Shown here in pieces: positions 57,543 to 64,000 of a stretch of 64,000 nucleotides of DNA (its first letter is position 1; each line of letters begins with the position of its first letter). Origin of the DNA: an uncultured Planctomycetales bacterium (GTDB lineage: Bacteria > Omnitrophota > Gorgyraeia > Gygaellales > Profunditerraquicolaceae); NCBI GenBank assembly GCA_964545575.1, contig CAZJFL010000002.1, forward strand, positions 59,564 to 123,563. Direction: 5' to 3'. The notes under the pieces are model-generated. The model did not search any database. It was not told the DNA's origin and saw nothing but the letters and a program-made list of their open reading frames with translations. A program made the position numbers and the translations under genes.

Positions 57543-57767
57543 CTTGCGAAAATTTGGTGGCGACGAGTATGCACTCCTGAACTAGAATCACAGAGTGCCA
57601 CTCGCATGGGCAATTTTGCCGATTACTTAAAATGCAAGCGAAATTGGTGGCGGCGGGTGGATCCCCGCTATATCATCTTAGTTCCGCTAGCGGGGTCCCG
57701 CTCTCATTTTAAATCGCTTAGCGGGAAAACCACCTCGGTGGACGCTCCCACCCGATGCTAATAAAAA

Positions 57768-57841
57768 TGGCGGCGGGTGGATTTAAACCACCGACTTATC
57801 GGGTATGAGCCGACTACTCTATCGGGCTGAGTTACGCCGCC
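57768..57841 (-). tRNA. tRNA with CAT anticodon (Met or Ile2)
   Basis: Manual fold: GGCGGCG acceptor, anticodon loop CTCATAC, T-loop TTTAAAT. Followed downstream by partial duplicates of its 3' end. Confidence 0.75.
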
Positions 57842-57860
57842 ATTTCAAAATATTATAATA

Positions 57861-58649
57861 CTATCTTTTACGGTAGGCGTCAAGATAGGAATCGCAATAT
57901 ATTTGCTTATTCAGGATCAATTCTGCGGTAATCGCGGCATCCATCAATTGCGCATCTTTAGGGTCCAGTATCGCCGCATCTAATCCAAAGGTGATGGCCA
58001 TGGTCAGGAATGTGCGGTTAATGAGATTACGCACGCAGGCGCCCTGCGAAACATTGCTTAATCCGACGATGGTTTTGGGGCTGGGGTCGGAAATAATCTT
58101 AAACTCATGAATCACCTCTAAAATATCGCGCATCTGGGCCTGCGCGACATTAACCGGCATCACTATCGGGTCAAGGTAAAGGTCATCTATCGGAAATCCC
58201 TGATCCGAGCAGCAAGCTACGATTGTGGCGGCCAACTCCAGCCTCTGGTCCTTATTCTGCGGTATGCCTTTGGTGCTGATAGTGAGCCCGATTAGTTTAG
58301 CATGATATTTTTTGGCTAAAGGCACCAGCACTTCCAGTTTTTCCGGGTCGGCGGTGGTAGAATTGATGATGGCTTTATTTTTTATAACCTTTAATCCGGA
58401 TTCGATGACCTCGGGCTTGCTGGAATCTATGGCTAAAGGGCTATCTGTGACTTCCTGTATGGTTTGCGCCAACCACTGAATATCCGAGATCGGCTCGCGC
58501 GAAGCCGGGCCGCAATTGATATCCAAGGCATCTGCCCCGCATTTAATCTGCTCCATAGCGCATTTCTGGATAGTCACCTTATCTTTCTCTTTTATCGCCC
58601 TGCCGATATCTTTATACATCCCGTTAATTAGTTCACCAATAATAAACAT
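57861..58649 (-). CDS. acsE: Methyltetrahydrofolate:corrinoid/iron-sulfur protein Co-methyltransferase
   Basis: 262 aa pterin-binding TIM barrel. Closely parallels Moorella AcsE along its whole length (IIGE.INGM...ALD.N.GP...INST...DP...GLSNVSQ...NRTFL). Confidence 0.93.
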   Translation of the reverse strand: MFIIGELINGMYKDIGRAIKEKDKVTIQKCAMEQIKCGADALDINCGPASREPISDIQWLAQTIQEVTDSPLAIDSSKPEVIESGLKVIKNKAIINSTTADPEKLEVLVPLAKKYHAKLIGLTISTKGIPQNKDQRLELAATIVACCSDQGFPIDDLYLDPIVMPVNVAQAQMRDILEVIHEFKIISDPSPKTIVGLSNVSQGACVRNLINRTFLTMAITFGLDAAILDPKDAQLMDAAITAELILNKQIYCDSYLDAYRKR

Positions 58650-58665
58650 AAGTACACTCCTAATT

Positions 58666-58788
58666 TTAAACTCTAAACCCTAAACACTAAATCCTAAACA
58701 AATCCAAAACCCAAAATACAAAACGTTTTGAGTTTTTTAGTTTTGAATTTTGAGTTTGTTTAGAGTTTAGGATTTCGGATTTAGGATT
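58666..58788. repeat. Long imperfect palindrome (~60 nt arms) made of AAACCCTAAA / TTTAGG(G/A)TTT-like units, centred on AAAACGTTTT
   Basis: Intergenic between acsE and acsD. The left arm is rich in CTAAA(C/T)CC units and the right arm carries the mirror TTTAGGATTT units. Confidence 0.8.
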
Positions 58789-59716
58789 TATATAAATCTC
58801 CTATGTATTTGTTTACTTTTTCTATAGCCAAGGGATGCCGCATTACTAAAATATCCGCGCCGGCCTGAATTAAAGCCGTGGCAGTAATCACTTCCCACAT
58901 TATCCCCTGCTCTGCTTCTGCCTTAGCTTCTTTTGCCCGCCAGGATTCCTGCCCCGCAAAACAAATAAAAGGACTGGCTACGGTTTTATCACCGGCTAAG
59001 GCAGCTAAACGCGCCCGCTCCATAATCGAATAGGCGTATTCCAAACCGTAACCTAAAGCGCCGATGGTAGGATTAATCACGATCCGTTCCAGCGGCAGGC
59101 TCATATCGGAAATCAGAATATTCAGTTGTTTGGCAATATTTATGTCTATGGGCGACTCCGCGATAAGATTATGCCCGTCGGCTAACACTGCCGCCGCCAG
59201 AGTCTTATAATTATCCTGCGCGGCGCAACCGACAAGGCAACGCTCTCCTTTTGCCGCTTCGCAGACCGCCGGTAATACCAGATTGTCTTTTTCGTCATCG
59301 CCGCATCCGACGATGATCAAAGGCACTCCTACCTTTTTTAATAATTGCCTGACGAGATCCGCTTCTGCCTCAGGGGTCTTATTGCCGAAATCCGGATGCG
59401 CGCCTTGAAGCCTCAAACATAGAAGCCCTGTCCTATGCTTTTCTACGCACATTTGCGCCCAGGTAAGCGGGTCTTTTAAACTATCGCCGTAAGCGCCTGC
59501 CAATTCCTGCGGCCAATCACCAGGGATAACATCCCAGATTTCGGAAGCGATTACCGGCGGGTAAGGCAAATTGCCTTCGGCGAATAAAAACGGCAGGGCT
59601 CTCTGTCCCCCGACCCCGATGGTTCCCTGGCGGCTGCCGCCTTCGGCTTTCTGGGAGCCGATAGTCACTACTGCCACTTCCCCGGACCACTTTTCCATAA
59701 TCGATTCTAATGCCAT
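58781..59716 (-). CDS. acsD: Corrinoid iron-sulfur protein small subunit (CODH/ACS delta subunit)
   Basis: 311 aa. Aligns along its length with Moorella AcsD (GG..ALPF...VVGCGD.EKD..VL..V...NIIA.SP.DIN..KQLNIL...LP...IV.DP..G.LGYG.EY..SIMER.RL.AL.GDK). Confidence 0.93.
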   Translation of the reverse strand: MALESIMEKWSGEVAVVTIGSQKAEGGSRQGTIGVGGQRALPFLFAEGNLPYPPVIASEIWDVIPGDWPQELAGAYGDSLKDPLTWAQMCVEKHRTGLLCLRLQGAHPDFGNKTPEAEADLVRQLLKKVGVPLIIVGCGDDEKDNLVLPAVCEAAKGERCLVGCAAQDNYKTLAAAVLADGHNLIAESPIDINIAKQLNILISDMSLPLERIVINPTIGALGYGLEYAYSIMERARLAALAGDKTVASPFICFAGQESWRAKEAKAEAEQGIMWEVITATALIQAGADILVMRHPLAIEKVNKYIGDLYKS

Positions 59717-60453
59717 ATCTTTTCTCCTAATTTACGCAAGAGCTCTAAGCTTGGCGCGTTACCTTTTAGCTTAAGCAAAGAATTGCCGTTTAGGCTGATT
59801 TTGCTGATTTGCTTATCTTCAGGAATATGCCCGATATACTCCAGGTCTATTCCTTTTAGTTTTTCCTTTTCGATATCACAGGCGTAGCGGTTAACCAACA
59901 AAAGATTTTTCTTTGTCTTGATATCCAGCTCTTTGACTAAATCCCTGATTCTTTTTACCGCCCTCAGGCCTACCGGTGTCGCGTCGGAAACCGCCAATAA
60001 TACGTCCGCAGCGCGCGTAGTCCGGCGGGAAAGGTGCTCTAAACCAGCCTCATTATCAATAACGATATAGTCATAGTCGGTAATCAGCCGAGACATGACA
60101 TTACGCAACACATTATTGACGTAACAATAACAACCCGGGCCTTCCGGCTTACCCATGGTTAATAAATCAAACCCCTCTGCTTCCTCTATCGCCATCTGCA
60201 CCTGGTAATCAATAAACCTCTCCTTTGACATGCCTTCGGGCACACTCTCGGGATTAGCGGCAATGGCGTCGAGAATTGAGCCGATACTCTTTTTTACCTC
60301 TAGGCCTAAGGCCTCACCGAGGTTACTGTTCGGGTCGGCATCTATGGCTAAAACAGAGCCCTTTTTGTGCATCTTTAAGGCTCTGACCAAAAGCGCAGCC
60401 ACGGTAGTTTTACCTGTGCCGCCCTTGCCTGCGATTGCGATCACGTAGCCCAT
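59707..60453 (-). CDS. cooC: CODH/ACS nickel-insertion accessory ATPase CooC/AcsF
   Basis: 248 aa MinD/ParA-type ATPase with deviant Walker A AGKGGTGKTT. Confidence 0.88.
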   Translation of the reverse strand: MGYVIAIAGKGGTGKTTVAALLVRALKMHKKGSVLAIDADPNSNLGEALGLEVKKSIGSILDAIAANPESVPEGMSKERFIDYQVQMAIEEAEGFDLLTMGKPEGPGCYCYVNNVLRNVMSRLITDYDYIVIDNEAGLEHLSRRTTRAADVLLAVSDATPVGLRAVKRIRDLVKELDIKTKKNLLLVNRYACDIEKEKLKGIDLEYIGHIPEDKQISKISLNGNSLLKLKGNAPSLELLRKLGEKIWH

Positions 60454-62379
60454 CTATATTTTTACGCTAGGGAATCTTCTTAAATCCGTATGCGGAAAGA
60501 AAAGCGCCGCCATATATTCATCCATATAATCCGGGTCCACCGATAATTCAAAATAAGTCACTTTTTTGGCGATGGCATCGGCTTTTCTTCTGGCCTCTTC
60601 CGACAAGAGCATCTGCCGGGCGCCGGCTAAAGAACTGTTACCCACAAAGATAAAACGGGATTTTTCCAAATCCGGAAGCAATCCTATGGCAATGGCATTA
60701 GGAACGTCTATCGATGTTCCGAATGCGCCGGCAATGAAAAACTTCTTTACCTGCGCGAAATCCAGACGCATATGCCTGATTAAACTGGCAGTGGCAGAAT
60801 AAATCGCAGCCTTGGCGCGTTTAAGATTATCGATATCGGCCTCGGTAATCACTATATCAACAGCGGTATCAGTTTCTTCTTTGAATGCGATTACAAATTC
60901 TCTGCCGGCTTCGCTATTTCTCACCCGTTTATTCTGGATGGGCTTAATCTTGCCGTCTTTATCTAAGATGCCTACACGCAGCATTTCTGCGATAATCTCA
61001 ATGTAGCCTGAGCCGCAGATGCCGCGCGGCTTAGCGCCTCCGATAGTGGTATAATTAACCTTAAAATCTTGGGGGTTTATTTTTGCCTTCTGTATAGCTG
61101 CCCGTCCGGCGCGCATGCCGCTTGATACTCCGCTCCCTTCAAAAGCCGGCCCCGCAGAGGCAGCGCAGGCAATAAAAAACTCTTTGTTGCCCAAGGCGAT
61201 TTCGCCGTTAGTGCCGATATCAATTAAAACGCACAAATCTTCTTCCCGCTCTAATCCGCAGGACAAAATCCCGGCGGTAATATCGCCGCCGACGTAACTG
61301 GCTACTCCCGGAACGCAAGTAAGCAGGCCTTTGGGATTAATCTTTATCCCTGCTTCAGAGGCCCGGATTGCGGGAATAAAGTTTGCCGTGGGCACATACG
61401 GCTCTTTGCGGATATAAGTAGGGTCAATACAGAGCAAAAGATGGATCATCGTGGTATTTCCGGCGCACAAGACGCAGGTTACATCATTTAAATCAATATG
61501 GTGTTCCTTAACCAGCTCATGAATTATCTGTTCTATACAGTCTGCTACCGCCAGATGCAGATCTTCCAGGCCCTCCTGCTCTTTGGCATAGATAATCCGC
61601 GTAATCACGTCGCTGCCAAAAGCAATCTGTTTGTTATAGGTGGCCTTGGTGCCTAAGGTTTCCCCGGAGTTTAAATCGACTAATTGGCCGGTGATGGTGG
61701 TGGTCCCGATATCAAAACAGAAACCGAAATTTTTTAGAGAGGTATTCCCCGGCTCGATAAGCAATATTTCTGACATCGCGTCCTTATCGCCTACGGTTAC
61801 AGTGACCTTCCATTCGCAGGAACGCAACAATTCGCTTAACTCCCGGACATTGGTTAATCCCGTATGTATCCGGGGCATCTCTTTAACCCGCTTTATCTGA
61901 CGGACCAGCCTCTCTAAATCGCTGATTTTATCGTCGAGGTTTGGCTGGGGTATCTCTAAATATAATTTTATGGTCAGCGGTGCCTGCTTAAAGATACCGG
62001 ATACGATAGCCTTCTCTGCCTCTACCTCCTCTGATTCGCCGTAAATCCCCTTTGCCTTCTGATGGATTTCTTCCGGAGTCAATCCCTCTAAGCTTAACCT
62101 AGATTCAGGCGGAATTTCTACTTCCAAGTCGCTGTGGACGGTGGTCAGGCAGGCAAGATATATTCCTTTCTTGCGTTCATCCAAACTGATGATTCCCGTA
62201 GGCTGGGTCAAAACCTTGCCTTTTTTAACAATTACTTTGCATCTGCCACAAACGCCGTCTCCGCCGCAGACAGAATTAATATAGGCCCCGGCCGTAATCG
62301 CCGCCGCTAAAATCGTCGTATCCTTGGCGACTTCTACAGACTTATTATCGGGCCAGAATGTAACGCGGAATTTTTCCAT
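60454..62379 (-). CDS. Reductive activator of corrinoid iron-sulfur protein (RACo): [2Fe-2S] ferredoxin domain plus ASKHA ATPase domain
   Basis: 641 aa. N-terminal plant-type 2Fe-2S Cys pattern (CGGDGVCGRCKV), C-terminal ASKHA domain. Same position as orf7/RACo in the Moorella acs operon. Confidence 0.8.
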   Translation of the reverse strand: MEKFRVTFWPDNKSVEVAKDTTILAAAITAGAYINSVCGGDGVCGRCKVIVKKGKVLTQPTGIISLDERKKGIYLACLTTVHSDLEVEIPPESRLSLEGLTPEEIHQKAKGIYGESEEVEAEKAIVSGIFKQAPLTIKLYLEIPQPNLDDKISDLERLVRQIKRVKEMPRIHTGLTNVRELSELLRSCEWKVTVTVGDKDAMSEILLIEPGNTSLKNFGFCFDIGTTTITGQLVDLNSGETLGTKATYNKQIAFGSDVITRIIYAKEQEGLEDLHLAVADCIEQIIHELVKEHHIDLNDVTCVLCAGNTTMIHLLLCIDPTYIRKEPYVPTANFIPAIRASEAGIKINPKGLLTCVPGVASYVGGDITAGILSCGLEREEDLCVLIDIGTNGEIALGNKEFFIACAASAGPAFEGSGVSSGMRAGRAAIQKAKINPQDFKVNYTTIGGAKPRGICGSGYIEIIAEMLRVGILDKDGKIKPIQNKRVRNSEAGREFVIAFKEETDTAVDIVITEADIDNLKRAKAAIYSATASLIRHMRLDFAQVKKFFIAGAFGTSIDVPNAIAIGLLPDLEKSRFIFVGNSSLAGARQMLLSEEARRKADAIAKKVTYFELSVDPDYMDEYMAALFFPHTDLRRFPSVKI

Positions 62380-62405
62380 TTCTAAGTAAATATATTATTT
62401 TTTTT

Positions 62406-62471
62406 TTGCGGGTGACGCGGGGATGCCTCGAGCCAAATTTGGCGAGAGGCGCCCCGCGGCAGGACCCGCAA
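62406..62471. other. GC-rich 66 nt imperfect hairpin preceded by a T11 run, between acsC and the RACo gene
   Basis: TTGCGGGTGACGCGGGGATGCCTCG...CGAGAGGCGCCCCGCGGCAGGACCCGCAA. The outer 8 bp and inner 6 bp arms are exactly complementary. Confidence 0.7.
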
Positions 62472-62473
62472 AA

Positions 62474-63802
62474 CTATAAGTTTTTCAAAAATGAGGGGAT
62501 TCCGGCGGCTTCTTTGGGGCCGACGACGATCTTCCAGCCGGCCTGCTCTTCCAGATCCCCGCTCATCACCGCCACATAGCCGGGTATGATCAGGCGATTA
62601 TGCTTAACTGCGTCTTGAACCGAAAACTTATTTAACGATTCCGAGATCTTCTCAGGCGTAAACTTCTCTGCTGCCCAGGCAGTCAGCACTGACATCCCTT
62701 CCGTATCCACGCTTAAAATATAGGATGGGATCTTGCTTGCCTCCACTTCTCCTAATACCGTGTAATAAGTAAGTGAGAAGTTGGTGGTGACCAGAACCGG
62801 CGATTTGTCATTCGCCTGGCCTACGGCATAAAGCTTAGGCTCAATCTGCAAAGGCTTTTGCGGGTCAGTGTAAATATTCTGCCGCAAGGTCAAAAGCGCT
62901 AATATTTCCCAGGCTTCGATGCCTCCAAGTAATACAATACCGGCATATTTGGCAATAAAAGTGGCTGCCTCCATTGCTTCCAGGTAAGGATCGGCTTTAT
63001 CGACGATGGCCAAAACCGGAAACCCAAGGCTACGGTTAGATTTTTTAAGCGCCTGGCGCCTGATTTGCGTTAAATCCCAGATTTTTTCTGAAATTGATTT
63101 TAGGCCGGTATCTAAAACTAAATCCGCTACTGCCTGTTTATTTAATTCCTGGGTTAAAGTAGTGAGTTCATCCAGGCTATTTGCCGAAACTACCAACGGC
63201 ACTTTAAACTCCTGCGCCAGCTTGGAAATTTCTGCCAGATTTTCTCCTGTAGCATGATAAACTAACGGCTTCTTATCTTTTGAAATCTCTAAAGCCTGCC
63301 TTAAGGCGGTTAAATCATCGCTCATTAAGACTAAACCAAGCTTGGTATTATTTAAGACGAGCTTGACTGCTTCGGTAAATCTTTCTTTATTTCTTATCTG
63401 TTTTATGGCGACTAAATTGACCTCTAACGCCTGGCCCACCCGCTCAAAGGACAGCTTGTTGATACGCTCTAATTTCTCTTTTATTTCGCTATCCGCCAAG
63501 CCGTCCTCGATGATAAACCCGATTCCCGCTGGATGGTGAAACTTTTCTTCGTGGCGGAATAAGACGGCCTCATTGCCAACCTCTAATTTATTATCACCGG
63601 CGCCGATAGTGATTAATTTTATTGGCGGCTGAGCAGAGGCCTCCAGGATCTTCTTTGACTCTACGGTTACATAAGGGCACTTTTCCAGGGCAATCGCTTT
63701 TTTAGCTAACTGCATGGCAAAGGCGAGACAAGTGGCAAACCCGCATTCGCGGCAATTGGTTTTGGGTAATAATTTGTAGATATCCAGTCCCGAGAGGGCC
63801 AT
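62474..63802 (-). CDS. acsC: Corrinoid iron-sulfur protein large subunit (CODH/ACS gamma subunit)
   Basis: 442 aa. N-terminal 4Fe-4S Cys motif CRECGFATCLAFAM. Closely parallels Moorella AcsC throughout (NFSLTYY.V.GE.E..KIPSY.LSVDT.G.SVLTA). AAGGAG RBS upstream. Confidence 0.93.
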   Translation of the reverse strand: MALSGLDIYKLLPKTNCRECGFATCLAFAMQLAKKAIALEKCPYVTVESKKILEASAQPPIKLITIGAGDNKLEVGNEAVLFRHEEKFHHPAGIGFIIEDGLADSEIKEKLERINKLSFERVGQALEVNLVAIKQIRNKERFTEAVKLVLNNTKLGLVLMSDDLTALRQALEISKDKKPLVYHATGENLAEISKLAQEFKVPLVVSANSLDELTTLTQELNKQAVADLVLDTGLKSISEKIWDLTQIRRQALKKSNRSLGFPVLAIVDKADPYLEAMEAATFIAKYAGIVLLGGIEAWEILALLTLRQNIYTDPQKPLQIEPKLYAVGQANDKSPVLVTTNFSLTYYTVLGEVEASKIPSYILSVDTEGMSVLTAWAAEKFTPEKISESLNKFSVQDAVKHNRLIIPGYVAVMSGDLEEQAGWKIVVGPKEAAGIPSFLKNL

Positions 63803-63816
63803 TACTTCGCGCTCCT

Positions 63817-64000
63817 TAAACCAAATTAAATAATTTTAGCGGGTTGGTTTTGTATAAAATTTTAGCGAATACCTCTGAATCATGATGCCCTTTTAGGCCG
63901 TCTAATTTTTGCATCAGGCTTTCTTTTAAGGAAATATTTAATTTTTTATTATTTTCTAAATTACAGAATAAAATCCTGACCTGCCCGGATTCTTTTTTCT
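63817..64000 (-). CDS. 3' end of an upstream gene running off the window; by operon synteny possibly acetyl-CoA synthase acsB
   Basis: The open frame to the window edge ends with ...GHHDSEVFAKILYKTNPLKLFNLV* 12 nt before the acsC RBS. The assignment rests only on the conserved acsA-acsB-acsC-orf7-acsF-acsD-acsE order. Confidence 0.35.

Noticed and set aside
57545-57767. tmRNA, SRP RNA or 6S RNA in the 220 bp noncoding stretch downstream of the tRNA with CAT anticodon
   Set aside because: None of the conserved motifs are present: the SRP domain IV GGAAGG/AGCAGC, the tmRNA 5' GGGG..., or the tRNA-Ala-like 3' end with matching acceptor. The tRNA 3'-end duplications (att-like remnants) explain the region better.
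58666-58788. Genuine telomeric repeats or a linear-replicon end
   Set aside because: The TTTAGGG-like units are degenerate and arranged as an inverted repeat inside an operon with genes on both sides, so this is not a chromosome end.

Overview
The window is a 64 kb chromosomal segment of an anaerobic bacterium; any assignment to a specific lineage would be speculative. About 60 protein genes, 7 tRNAs and the RNase P RNA all read on the minus strand. A partial PolX-family gene running off the window start on the minus strand was found by manual translation and is not in the ORF track.

Gene content is mostly housekeeping and includes:
- panE, recO, ybeY, a 7TM-HD protein, phoH
- aspS, hisS, hup, dnaE, guaA, a guaB-like gene
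- groES and groEL, with a CIRCE operator and a sigma70-like promoter upstream of groES
- coaX, hisC, pheA, scpB, ruvA, ruvC, yebC
- rnpB, rnhA, plsY, pgsA, lepB, lepA, cmk, tyrA, a DAHP synthase, uvrB, nadC, valS
- cimA, lysC, cstA, an archaeal-type apgM-like gene, coaB, thrC, hom
- two PilZ genes flanking gpsA, a short ThyA-family gene, nnrD, acpS, pdxJ, folP, ftsH, tilS

At the right end is a Wood-Ljungdahl methyl-branch / CODH-ACS accessory cluster in the same order as the Moorella acs operon: (acsB?)-acsC-RACo-cooC(acsF)-acsD-acsE.

The non-core signal is concentrated in repeats and small insertions:
- Three families of short palindromic intergenic elements. Two copies of one family sit in-frame inside valS (as Rickettsia palindromic elements do).
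- Heptanucleotide x3 tandem repeats inside hisS, folP and nnrD.
- A ~0.85 kb AT-rich insertion at the 3' end of cimA. It carries a nucleotidyltransferase-fold protein plus two small ORFs and is flanked by degenerate direct repeats of the cimA terminus.
- Remnant direct repeats of a tRNA-Met 3' end.
- Two long palindromic or hairpin structures inside the acs cluster.
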